Shown one piece after another: positions 11,969 through 24,847 of a stretch of DNA of 64,000 bases. This stretch comes from Zootoca vivipara (Eukaryota), in assembly GCF_963506605.1 (NCBI RefSeq), contig NC_083282.1, positions 33,914,001 through 33,978,000 of the forward strand, read 5' to 3'. Position numbers and translations under genes: made by a program. The notes under the pieces are model-generated. The model was given only the letters and a program-made list of their open reading frames with translations, did not search any database and was not told the DNA's origin. Each line of letters starts with the position of its first letter. The first letter of the stretch is position 1.

Positions 11969-12639
11969 AATTCTTCTCATAAATTGGCATTAAGCATGCA
12001 CACACATAGGAAACAATACAAGTCCTTTCCGTACTGCTGTTGTAAGCTAAGGATCGCCTGAAGCCTCCTGAAGCGGGCTGGCACTCTGAACAACAAATAA
12101 CAATTACAAATTGCCCATCCCGCTTTGCAATGGGGTGGGGAGAGGAGAAAGAAGTGCAGCCACCTCAGCTGCTCTTGTGCAACTCATGAGCCACCTCTGT
12201 GGCACACTTTGTGTGTATTTATTACAAGTCCACACACTTCCTTCTGCCTGCACATTTAGTCTCTCCTTAGGAAGATGCAGTATCTCTTCAGTATTGTCCC
12301 TCGGACTTCCAAGAAATGACTTCTTGTGGGGCAACGAGAAAAGGCGAGAGATATATTCAAATGCAAATGATTAGAACGGGGAGGCTCCAGAAGAAAATTA
12401 GCCTTCGTCTGTACACAGCTACAGTACAGCATGAAGATTAACATCTCTCTTTCTTTTAAATACCAGAGCTAAGGGCCCCTGTGCCTTCAACTACTACGGG
12501 TGGGACAGGCAGAAAGCCAATGCACTACATGAAGATTACCCCCACTGCTGCAAATTCCCGGTGTTTGTGTTTGTGTGTGTGTTCCTCAGTCGAATTTCTG
12601 GATTGTAGCCGCCCAAGTTTTCTTACGAATACGTGCACA

Positions 12640-13400
12640 TTAACCCAATGGACTTAGGTTTGTCACGTCCATTAATTTAAGTGGACCTACCGTATTATGA
12701 ATGTAACCGCGCAACAGGTAGAACCCCCCGCCTATGACGCGGCTGCAAGAGCCCTGCCGGAATGGGGGCGCGCGCTGGTGGGAGGCCACTCCGCTTCCCG
12801 CCTTTTCTACTGCCCCAGGCGACACCCCCGTTTTCGGGGGTCCCCCAACAAGCCTCCCGCCGGCGCGTCCTTACCTTTCCTCTTCCTTCTTTTGCTGCTG
12901 CAGCCTGCAGGACGGAGCCGCAGCTGTTGCTGGTTTCCAGGGTGACCAATCACCCCCGGAGGCTGCTGCAGCCGCGGAAGGCGGTCCCGGCGCTGCTGCC
13001 TCCGCCCTCAGGGCGGGAAGAGGCGGAGGACAGCCGGTCTCCGCTTCCCGCCTTGCGCGCGCGTCCAATGTGGCTTTGCCGGGCGGGAAGAGGCGCCTGG
13101 AGCGCAGCTCTTGCAGTAGCAGGAGCAGCGCCCTCCCTCCTTTCATTAGCTGTTTCTCAGTTTCACCCTGGAGCCTTGCTTTTTAGCTGCGCGCCAGTGG
13201 AGCAGCTCCAGTCAGTCCTTGGGCTCGGGCTCAGGGGTCTTGTGAGGCACGTCGTGACCCGGGTAGGAACGTCGGCAGCTGCCCTCGTCATTAAAAAGGA
13301 GCATTGGAAAGTCACCTCGCCAAAGGAACCGTGTGGGGAAAGCGCTATGTGGTCTCCAGGAGCTGCTGTCCGTGCGCCTTGGTGCTCCTGAGATTTAGCA
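12640..13400 (-). promoter_or_regulatory. CpG island promoter and probable non-coding first exon of DYNLT5
   Basis: Strongly GC/CpG-rich compared with flanks. Minus-strand donor GAAAG|gtaagg at 12875/12874. X-box-like GTTTCCAGGGTGAC (12933-12946), CCAAT boxes (12946-12950 and about 13065), GGGCGG boxes (13011, 13081). Confidence 0.7.
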
Positions 13401-14062
13401 AAATCCCTGCCTTGCTCCCTGCGTGGCTGGTTTTACATGCTACTACGGTACTGGCCGGTCCCTTCAGGCCAACTCCCGATTATCCTCTTTGGTGCAGGAA
13501 TAGAGAGCGCTCTAATTAAAAGCCGTAGCCTCGTATTACGTAGTATTACAATATAAGCGCTTATGCCACGCACCCTGTATAAGGTGTAGAAAGCCGATGA
13601 ATATACCAGATTTTCTGCGTAATAAAAATGCTTTCCCCGCTCCTTTAAGCGGTCTTGTGTATAAAATGACGAACTAACAAAAAGAATAATCTAGTGCACC
13701 TGTGGGCCTCCAGATTATGAGGGTGAACGATACTCCCCAAAAAGTATGGAGAGCACAAAGTTGGGAAAGGCCTGTGCAGACTTTGGGGCTATAATAACCC
13801 TAAATTCCCATTTCTCAGTTTCCATCCAATATCCATCTCCTCATTTCAGATCTGCTTTAAATAACAGACTGTGGGAAGAGAGTCTGGGTAGGGTAGTTAG
13901 TTGTATGGCAACCAAATCCTATACATGCATACTTAGGAGTAATTTCCATGGAATACAATAATTGTTTCTAGGCGACATGTATAGAATGGCACTGTAAATA
14001 TTGTAAATGACTTCTAGGGGGAAATAATTCAGCACAAACATAAAACATTTTTAGATTTGTCA

Positions 14063-14068
14063 TTTATT
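14063..14068 (-). terminator. Candidate distal polyadenylation signal of SGIP1
   Basis: AATAAA on the minus strand with GU-rich TGTTTTATGTTTGTG downstream; ends an AT-rich, repeat-poor 2.7-kb stretch that resembles a 3' UTR. Confidence 0.4.
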
Positions 14069-16767
14069 TTCAAGGGGGGAAATCACATTTCAAGTACAAC
14101 TTATTTAATTTTGTTCTTATGTATAGAATTTAATAAACTTTGTTCTGAAATGGGGACCCTATTTCTTGTATAATATCATGTATGATAAATAATTGCATAT
14201 TCAGGATTTTGTGAAATGGATGATTAGAGGGAAATCATGATGGAAAGACATTTATAAAAATCATTATTTACAAAAAAATAGACATTTGTTTTCTAATCTA
14301 TAAGGAAAGAAACACTGAAAATATGTGGTTTTATGATTATCTTCAACAAGTCAATACGACACATTCATATTACCAGTGGTCAGATATAAAGCTTTGCTGC
14401 AGTGTTTCTGATGCAACAAACCTATATAGTTTACAATTTTTCTCTGAGACCATCAGGTTAGCAGCAAAGCTTTCATAACAGACTAAGCAGTAAACAGGGC
14501 CAACTAGACTAAAAGGATAGTATATTTCATTGCACACGTAGGCTGAGAAGTCCAGACTTTTAAACAAAAATGTTTAAAAATATACATGTGTATTTTAAGT
14601 CCACAAATATCTATAAACAGTTTATACACAAGGTTTTTTTTAATTATAAAATGATATAGTTTGATATCTGATAAAACACCAGGGAATCTAATTCAGGTTT
14701 CAAAATTCCTTTAGGGTTGAAATCGCAGCTAAGAATTAAGACCCAAGGCCTGCAAATGCTTATACACATGCTTAATTGCATGCAAGTAAATAGTGCTTTT
14801 GAAAACATGTGTACAACAGTTTGGCAGGATTGGAGTTTAGCATTTTAGTTTGATTGAGCCAGGTAATTAAATAAAAAAAGTGTGTGCCTACAATTCCTTC
14901 ATTTTGAAAATCCATCTCCCCTTCTAAGACACTAGCATAAGAGGTATTCTTAAGCGTCTAGTTGAGAAATGATGTGGTAGTTTTATAAGCCAAATTTACT
15001 GGAGGCAACCGCTAAAACAGCTATATTCCATATTCATACTAATTTGAAATACAATTTATGAATGTTAAACATTGTTAAGGTCACTAAAAGGCAGATTCTA
15101 GACTTTCACATACTGCTTGGCCTAGAGTGAAATTCCTGCTCATGGGTAAACCCTTTGAACATAATCATCACACTAATCCTTGAAATCAAAAGTAAGAGTA
15201 GCAGCAACAGTGATCCTTTCTTAAAGGTCAAAAGAGGTCAATGGCTTTGTGATGTTGTAAATTTCTAACCATGTCTAATGGAGCAAAATACTGACCAGCA
15301 TAAGATGTCCATTATAGAAACGGCACTTACATAAACTTTCAAGAAAGCAATTCCAGCTCTGGTGTAGACCCAAGATTGGGATTTTCCCATGGGAAAAGGT
15401 ATTCGTTATATTGCATTTGAAGTGATTTGGTTATCATGGTAAGCTTCCAAATTAAAAATCTAACAAGAAAAGCTTGTTAAACAATGCCTTTAAAAAACAC
15501 ACACACACACAAATACAACTACATTGCAGTGATACTGAACTGACTCGGCACCTAAGTAGATGTCAAACGTGAATGAGATAACATTACTTTGTTTAGTTAA
15601 AAAACAACAATGCACAACTTTTTCCAGAGTGCTCTATATATGCAGAGGTATCCTGTAGCTTCTAATAAAGTTGTATACAGAGGAGACTTTCCTATTAAGC
15701 TGTGGTAAAGGTAAAAAATTGAGGAACAAGAATTAGAGGACAGAGGAGCTGTCACTACAATTACTCTAAATCTTTAAGTAAAAGAATTATTTCAATTTTC
15801 TTGTCAGGCTCTTTAAAAATATTGATCCCTTTCAACATGATTCAGCCATTTCAAAATTACTCCTATAAAAGATAAAGTAGTGATTGTTCATGTTAACTCT
15901 TGCAACCAGAAGAAGCTCAGAAAGCACCATCAGTATACTTGCACTAGGGTCAGTCAAGAGTAGCTTTCTTTGTTTGCAGCTTGTTGACGATTAACAATAG
16001 GGTTGATCGATCCATATCAAAAGAACCCTGTTAGGTACATGCAAGAGTTAGTGTGTTTACATGAGCTTTTCTTTGGGATTTTTGCTGTTACCAGCAGAAT
16101 ACTTGGGAGTCCCACTTAGGAAGGGTCTTCAAGAGTAGCTTACTTAGGGCCACATAAGAGCAGCTTCACAAAGGTAAGTTTAGAAGTCCATGTCATGATT
16201 TAGACTGCAGCCATTGTGTGAGTGGAGTTCTGCTCACACAACAGGACTTCCCTCTTCTCTCCCTGCATGCCTCCCAAATCTGTTTTGGAGTCCCCAACAT
16301 TTTGAGGGCGTAGAGGCAGCTTGGTGGTGGTGGGGGAATGTGGTGGGGAGTTCTGTTGTACAAGTAGAAGAATACAACCCATTGTTGCAATGGCTTTCAT
16401 ATGTTCAAACAAACATCCAAGCACAATGGTTCTTTCCCATTTTAACAGCTTCAGGCCTGATTTTTCTTTATCACGTAGAAGGTAAATAGGGGAGGAGTAT
16501 CAGAGATGCAACTTGGATGCCCAACTGTTGGATATGTTGGTGCACCTGAGTGTTACTCACAAATGTTTATTCTACAATGGCCTGCTAAATATTTTTTGTA
16601 GGCTGCAATCCAATGCCTACTTACCTAGGAGCATGCCACACTGAACTTAATATGACTTACTTCTGAGTAGACATGTCCAATACTGCATTCTATGGATGGT
16701 AATTTTAAGTATAAAAAGAGAGAAAAGACAACTAGGTTGAATTTTTGTTACGATTTTATATATTTCT

Positions 16768-16967
16768 NNNNNNNNNNNNNNNNNNNNNNNNNNNNNNNNN
16801 NNNNNNNNNNNNNNNNNNNNNNNNNNNNNNNNNNNNNNNNNNNNNNNNNNNNNNNNNNNNNNNNNNNNNNNNNNNNNNNNNNNNNNNNNNNNNNNNNNNN
16901 NNNNNNNNNNNNNNNNNNNNNNNNNNNNNNNNNNNNNNNNNNNNNNNNNNNNNNNNNNNNNNNNNNN
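16768..16967. other. Assembly gap (200 N)
   Basis: Run of exactly 200 N; the round number suggests the true size is unknown. Confidence 0.95.
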
Positions 16968-17599
16968 GTTAGATATTTGTAACATGTTTATTGTGTTAAG
17001 AAATGATGTCAAATTGTAATGATCTTTCTGGGGCAAAATTTGAATGCAACAAATGAGAGACAGAGACTGATTCAGAGTCTTCAGCAGCATTGGCTGCTAG
17101 CAAACATAGCTGAATGATCAGATGATTAATAGTGAAAAGCTGAAGAATGGCAAGCAGATTTCTAGCTATACTGTTAACTGTCCCATTTTCTTCTAGAAGT
17201 GCCGAATTTGGCATTGCCAAAAAACTGGAAAGCGAAATAGTCATCTATTATAGCTGCTTCAGAATGACCCATGCTCGAGCTGATGGTGATCAACATGAAC
17301 ATTTTGTGTTTGCTTTCTGACAATAGCTTGACAAATGAGCATGCGGCTCATCTGTAAAATCACTATACAACAATAAAAGAAAACATTGTGAGAGTTACCA
17401 TTTCAACAACAAAGTATAAACTCCACAGGTACTTTTGTATGTTTTTGACATACAAAAATATATACAGAAAAGTTTTAGATATTTATAAATTAAGAATGCT
17501 ATTGATCTTATTTACGATCTATGCAAAGTTTCTTGTGCGAAAGTTACAAAAGAACTTCCCCCTATAAATCTATAAGAGTTTACATAGAAAGATATTTAC

Positions 17600-17755
17600 C
17601 AGCAAAGCAGTTGGGGGTTTGGCAAGACGTGTTCTAACCTGTTGTAATTTGTTACACGGAATGTTAGAACAGCAGGGGCGGGATTATTGGCAAAATGTCT
17701 AGTAATTCCTGCAGGAAACGACAGCACCATCTCTCCAGTAATTTTCACTATGCAT
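17600..17755 (-). CDS. SGIP1: SGIP1 exon, mu-homology domain
   Basis: attaaag|A...TG|gtaaat; 156 nt; (K)[51 protein letters not shown](C). Last SGIP1 coding exon visible before the gap. Confidence 0.93.
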
Positions 17756-18710
17756 CTTTAATATCAAAAGAAACGTAGAGAAAGAGAACAATTCATTCAG
17801 GTACATTTCCCTATACTTGGAGGAAAGAAAACTTTTTATTTGATTTTTTGTTGCATACAAAAATGTGTAGGCACTGGAAAAACAGATAAGTAACAGAGAA
17901 AAAGAAAAGTAATATGGAGTTGTGAAATGAAATAAAAACAGCAAACCAACATACCAGATTACAGTCATACTTCACTGAAGATCAGATGATATTTAAATAC
18001 CCCAACCACGCTGAAGATTGAGAAGCTGGAGTATTTGGTTTTTCTCTTGGCACAGTAATATCAGCATTCCCTAATTTATGAAAGCATTCAACAGAACTCT
18101 GATTGCATCATGCTAAGGTCCCCTTTTTTGCAAAACAACTGATCCCTGTGTCCTCTCCCCACTCAGTACTTATTTACTGAATTATTTGTTAGCTGGAAAA
18201 GAATATTTTCTCCAACTTTGTTGCTGGTTTTACATCACCAGTTCCTAATGTGCGGCCCACCTAAGGTGATGTTCACACCAGCAGTTTAAAATTCAGTGAG
18301 GTTGTTTCCCACTGCTGCATTTGAAACCACATTTGCACAGTGCTGTTCATACCAGAGAGGGGGATCAGTTATGCATTCAGCCAAGGAGTATGGCCTTTTT
18401 TGTTTCCCTGCCTTCTCAAATGTACACGCCATTCTTAAAGCACTAAGTGAATGCAGCTGGACTGAAGTTCAATTGAGAGAGGGAAATGCAACAACAGCAT
18501 TTGTCAAGAAGCTACAGCATCCATATGGATTGTGACTAAGGTCGGGTGAATTTGGCTTTGGAGGGGGGGGACTAGCAGTGGGAGTACACTGAATGCAGAG
18601 GAAGCAGTAAAGGTGTGCATGCCCTAACTGTAAGACCAACCCTAAACTGTCTATTATTGTATGGGGAAGAGATGGGGGTGGGGGGTGGGGAATAACAATT
18701 TGATACCTAC

Positions 18711-18822
18711 TTGTTAGGATCTGCTCCTTTGAAGTATGCATTAACTGTTTCAGTGAAAGCTGCAGCTACGGGCAGAGTGTCTTGTGCACCCATTGTTAAG
18801 GGGCTGGGTCCTCTAGAAGAGC
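18711..18822 (-). CDS. SGIP1: SGIP1 exon, start of mu-homology domain
   Basis: tttcag|GC...AA|gtaggt; 112 nt; (G)[36 protein letters not shown](K). Confidence 0.93.
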
Positions 18823-21498
18823 CTGAAACCAATGAAAAATAGTCACTTTTTATGCACACAGAAACCTTTTCGATTGCATCAAGTTAACTCCATCAAGGGG
18901 GAGAGCAGAGAAATCCAAAGAGAAGGCAAAAACATTCATTTTGCAAATAAAGCACTATACTGGCAAATTACGTCAACTTTGATTCTGGTCTAAAAAAATA
19001 CTTACGTTTTTCTCTAAGCAAAAAATCAAAACCAAAGCTTTTAATCACTGTTAGTAGCAGTGTGTGTGTGTGTGTGTTTAATCCAAGCCAGGTACAGTTT
19101 CGAACTTCTGCTGCCTTTTAATTAAAATAGAGCTTTGTTTTAGTGATATGACTGTATGTCAAATTCTAGGTGGTGCTTTACTTCAGCACCAGAGCAATCT
19201 ATCTACAGTGAATAAGAGAATAATCAATGTAATTTTGTTGAAAGGGAACTTCTGGGAAGAAAAATTAGCTGAAACCTGTGACTCCATCAAGACAGAACAC
19301 AAGAGACAAGAAGTGCAGGCGATGCAGTGCAGTTAGCAAGATGATTTAAAAATGTTTTTAGTACTGGTGCTAGTGTAGTGTTAGTTTTCTTCCAGACTGG
19401 CACTATTTTGCCGGAGGGATTCAATTACATACCGGGTACTGGAAAATTTAGATTTGAGCAATTCAGGTGAATTAAAGCACTCTTGCGCAACAAACCCACT
19501 TTTTAAAAATAAAAACAACTGCAGTCTTTTCGGGTAAGAAAAGCGAAGGGGGAAACACATTAGAAAGTGTGTGATAATTGACAGGAAGTCGTAAAACCTG
19601 AACAAAAAATCAGGATGAATGTTCAATAAACAGTGGGTGTTGTATAACCTCCACAAAAACAAATCAGAAAAAAGCTCAATAAACAGGTTGTCTGGAGGTG
19701 CCCCTTGTCTGACACTAACTTTGTGCCCCCCCCAATGGGAGGGGGTAAAAGATGTACCTTTGACTGTATGGGGTAATAGCTAACTTGCAGGAAGACCACC
19801 TCCTCATTTAAAACAGGGTACATGTGCAGTCCTGCACTCAAAAGGCAGAGTTCATCAGGCACGTTAATTATTTGTTTGTTTAAAAGGGTGGAGTATCTAT
19901 CCTGGTGATCATCATGGTTGGTTCTTGTTTTTCGAACACTTAAAATGGCTACTTGAGAATGTGGATAATTTGTTTTGTCTGGGTTTATTTAATGCACTAG
20001 AAACCTTCTAATTCATTATTTCATTCGGTTTGGTGACTTGCAGTATTTCAGTGCCTGGACTTTTCTTGGAAAGCTGATTTCAATTGCCTATCCAGAGATA
20101 GATCTTTCCCATGGACACAATTACTGATGTTCAAGGAAGGAAAAAACAACAAAGCAGGGGCGGCTGTGGGTGAATGAAGGGTCTCACTTACCTATTCCTC
20201 TTTGGACAGTTAAGTAAGAATCCCATAAAGTCCCAAAGAGGCCCTGTATAAAACTGCTCTTTCAGCATTTATTAAGGCCAAACTAGGTATGTTGGGCAAG
20301 CTGCCCAAATGTCTGTCCCATTCACATATAAAGAGGGGTGGGGGTTGGGCTGCCATCACCAAAGTTGTTGAGCTTTCTTTGGCAAAAATCCCCCCCCCAA
20401 AAAATGTCATTTTGGAGTTATGTTTCAGGAACATTGGCAAAAAACAACACTGCTGACATGGATCGACATGTGTATGGATTTTCCCGGACATTTTAACAAT
20501 TTCCGCCTGGGCACTGCTTCTGACTGCAGTATTCCGGATATGTTCGGGAGATTCCGGACATATGGCAACCCTTCTAGGGGGTGCTGAAGAAAGGGACACA
20601 GGAAAGGAAAACCTACATTCTCTTCCACTCGATGTTGCTGGACTCCATTGCTTTAAGTTGTTTTCTCTGTCCAGTTCTACTACTGGAACTAAGCCAACCT
20701 GGAAGAAAATGAAAGCTCTGGAGTACAGAAATATAAAGTGGAGGAGAGACAACTTTTGCTCTTCTCCCTCATGCACTCCTTTTCACATAATGCCTCCTAA
20801 CCATGATTTATAGGTGAACAGGGCAGACATATGGATAACATACATATGGCAGCCCCATCACACCTAGTTTGGCCTTTAGAGGAGTAAATTACTGCAGGGA
20901 AAAACGTATTCAATTGAAGAGTAGATGAAATGCCTTGTTTACTCAGAATGGAATCACAGAGGAACATATTTGGCAAGAATTGCCTTATGCCTTCAATTAA
21001 TGTTTGGCAGAGATATCGCAAGTTGCTCAATGGATATTACAATAGTTAAAAATTGTATGAATTAAGAGTCTCTTCCAATAATATCCCAAACATTTTGATA
21101 AAATAAGCATTAGTGTGATCATTCTGGAAGCCTGCACACATTTTAACTCTCAAATATCACACTGACGTAAGAGAAAAAAGCAGCAGCCTAGGCAAAAGGG
21201 AAATTTATTTTTATTTATGTGTATTGAACCCCTATTTCCACTGAATCCCTGGGCATTTGCAGATGCTCAACAGAAAGTCATGCTGAACCAAAAGCTAGCT
21301 GAAGATGTGATGCTTTATCTGGGTCTGGCTCAAAAGAAACAGCGATTGCAATGACAAAAGAACAAAAAATAATTGCATGTATTCTCCCACTGTGAGCAGA
21401 TGTGATCGATACCATTGGGGTTATCTGACTAAGTCATGTGCAGAGTAGATATGTGTTTTCGGATATCACACCCCCATGGTTTTGCCTTACTGTAAGTA

Positions 21499-21664
21499 CT
21501 GTATTTTTTCATGTATAAGACTAGGTCCCCCCCCCTAAAAATAATGTCAAAAATGAGGGGGGTGTCTTATACACAGGGCATCTCCCCCCATTTTCTTAAA
21601 TCTGAGTCCCCAAAAATAGGGGGCGCCTTATACATGGAGGCATCTTATAGACGGAAAAATACAG
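21499..21664. mobile_element. Tc1/mariner-type MITE
   Basis: TIRs CTGTATTTTTTCATGTATAAGA / TCTTATAGACGGAAAAATACAG flanked by TA. Confidence 0.7.
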
Positions 21665-24082
21665 TAAGTCTCCAGAGGATTAACAATATATTTAGTTGCT
21701 CAAGAAAGTAAAAATCCAATGCAATTCTCCCTTTATTTCAACAGGTATTCCAGAATGCAGAGAATAATAGAAAAGTTGTGCAAACACCTAGAAAGTTAGA
21801 AAAAAAATACAGTTTTCATTTCTCACTGGAACACAACTAATCTCCACATAGGCTGGTAGGGTTATCTCTCATTAAGACGGAAAGGTTGAAATCTAAAGAG
21901 GAGCAAGTACTTGGTAGACGAACTGCAAGAAGCATATTTTAGACTTCCCTCTGGTGGTGGCTTCTGCCCTTCAGGACTGGTAGGGCAGAAAGCAGGGAGA
22001 CATACAATAAGTGGAGTTGGAGTCAATGACAGACAGAGTCTGTAAGAAGGGCTGGCTGAGGTTCGTGGGGGAGTGCCCCATTCACTGTAATGGACCTGCC
22101 TCCACTGCTTCTTCCTCTGAAGTGCCTTCCTTATGTATCTATTCCCACCATGACTATATAAATATGGAAGAAAAGACCAGTCTATTAATTCCAACTAGGT
22201 TCCAAGTCTATTCCAGAGCTTAATGATGAAAAGAGAGAGAGAGGTTTCTTCAATACCTCCATCAAGACCAAAGGAATGTCAGATTACGAGGTCTAAACAA
22301 ACAGCAAAATGAAACTATTTTTAAAAGTTTTCCCCACACCAACAAGTTTCAAAGTATTACAAAATAGACTGTGCCAAAGAATGTGGTAAATTTAAATGAA
22401 TCATATGACTAGTACAATGCCACATGCTGAAATAATCCTTAAGTAAAAGATAGTTGTTGTTGGGCTGGACATAATAACAAGAATCATCTGGTGGGGGGGG
22501 GGTGGAGATCACAATGAACCTCCCTTCTTCCCCTTCTTGGGGAGCGGCGAGGAGCTTCTAGCTGGTGGGGCTAATTAAGTCCCAATTTGGCCGGCGAGAC
22601 CAATTCCCACAAATCATGCCAGTTCACAATCAGGAGCTTAAAATGGCATTCAGCCCGTTTGTCTGCAGTAGCACCCAAACACCTTACTAAATAAGCTACT
22701 TCCGTAAGTGATTGGGACATTTCTTCTTCTTCTTCTTCTTCAAAGGATGGGGAGGGGGAACGCCCTAAAGGTCCTTCTGAGTAGAAATCATGATATGACT
22801 AAATCCACCATGTAAATCAGATTACACTTCCTAGTCTCTGTCCCTTTTCTCACACAGAAACAGATAGGAATACATATAGAATTGCCATACAGAGTACATT
22901 TCAAAAGAGATTTTTAAAACGTTTGGCTGGCTGTCTAGCTAGAAAAAGTAGCACTAAATGCTTTGTAATATATACCCAAGCTTTCCTATTGTTTCTTTTA
23001 CCCTGCTATGGGGTGCTACTGTTGAAATAATTCAGTATGCAGCAGGTTGTGGGTTATCTGTTTACCACTTATGCAAATTATCTCTGGCAGGAGTTAGGAG
23101 GCCAGCAAGGAAAACAATTACCATCATGATGTTGCAGACAGACACCTTTCCCCCCAAAGCAGTTCACACTGTGTCATGATCAGCATTGCCTATTCATCTG
23201 AGGAGAGCCTGCTTAATTTAAAATCTCTTAATGTGGCTAACGAAACCTGGGAAAATGTTTCCCCAGCACTCTTGGAAAAGAACATCCATCTTTAAATGAA
23301 CACCTCTACATAGTCATGTCCTCTTCAGTCATTATCAGCCACGCAACCTTATGATATACAAGGGATAAATATGACAATTACAAAAAGAAAGTTAATTTTC
23401 TAGTGTGTTTTACATTACATTTTCTACTATTGTATTGTTGAAAATTGTCCTTATTCTGGTCAAATATTTAAATTATCGAAAGTACTTCTGATTTGAAACA
23501 AAGACAAGATACGGGGAATATATTTTCCCCACTGGGATACACAGAACTTGGTTTGATGAAGATTCAGCCACCATGAAATTTAATGTGCAGATATTACGCT
23601 TCACATGGCAGGCTCCAACACTGCTTCTGCATGAGGCTTGCATGTCTCTTCTCTAGCACTCTTTTGCTAGAGGACAGATGATGACTGGCCTTTGTGATTC
23701 CACCTCCAACGGCAGCACTGTGTGAAATGCTGAAACTGCCCCTGCCATGGTGTATAAAAGGACCATGCATATAATAGCAGAACTCCCTAAGGGGACTTTC
23801 ACGCCATAAAAGTCTATTTAAAACACACCCGTTTAGTCTTCAAAGGAAAAGGTTGCAATTTAGCTTATGTCTAGTTCCTACTGTTCTGGCCAAAGCACTC
23901 AAGGTGGTTTATAGGGTATAACAATGACTTACAATCTAAGAGAGAGGGTAGAAAGGAATGGGAAGAGGAAAATAAACATATCCAGCTACAGACTTCCATA
24001 TTATTACATAATGAAGTTACATAATGATGAGGCGGAGTGACCATTACAGGAAGCAATACAAGAAAGGGCCTACTGGCTGGAT

Positions 24083-24847
24083 CGATTGAAGTGCAGAGTG
24101 TTTGAGGACCGGGACATTTGCAGGGAAACCAAAGTGCTTGTTTACAAAGCTATTGTACTACCAACCTTACTATATACTTGTGAAACATGGACCACTTATA
24201 AACGCCAACTCCTCAAAAGATTCCATCAACGGTGTCACTGAAATTTTTGCACATCACTTGGAAAGACAGGCGAACTAATATCAGTGTACTGGAAGAAGCA
24301 AAGATAACCAGTGTTGAAGCAATGATTCTTCAACATCAACTTCGTTGGACTGGTCATGTTGTGCGGATGCCTGATGATCGTCTTCCAAAGCAACTACTCT
24401 ATTCCGAACTTAAAAATGGAGAGCATAATGCTGGTGGTCAACAAAAGAGGTTTAAAGACGGTCTCAAGGCGAATCTTAAAAAATGTAGTATAAACACTGA
24501 CAACTGGGAAACACTGGACTGCAAGCACTCCAGTTGGAGAACAGCCTTTACCAAAGGTGACATGGGCTTTGAAGAAACTCGATCTCAGGACGCAAGGGAG
24601 AAACGCGCTCAGAGGAAGGCACGCTTGGCAAATCCACACCATGATCAACTCCTGCCTGGAAACCAATGTCTCCATTGTGGAAGGATGTGTGGATCCAGAA
24701 TTGGCCTCCACAGTCACTTACAGACCCATTGTTAAAATCGTGTTTATGGAAGACAATCTTACTTAGCTACGAGTGATTGCCAATGAAGGAGGAGGAGGAG
24801 GAGGAGGAGGAGGAGGAGGAGGAGGAGGAGGAGGAGGAGGAGAAGGA
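24083..24847 (+). mobile_element. 5'-truncated RTE-clade LINE with (GGA)n tail
   Basis: ORF 24232-24735 has RTE C-terminal motifs LRWTGHVVRMPDDRLPKQLLYSEL and C-x2-C...RIGLHSHL; highly similar to 38581-39270; ends in a GGA microsatellite (24787-24840). Confidence 0.85.

Noticed and set aside
12640-13519. Several long overlapping ORFs (up to 209 aa) on both strands
   Set aside because: By-product of the stop-poor CpG island; low-complexity Ala/Arg/Pro/Gly translations with no recognisable domain.
16647-17090. ORFs spanning N runs (also 39947-40230)
   Set aside because: Artefacts of translating assembly gaps.
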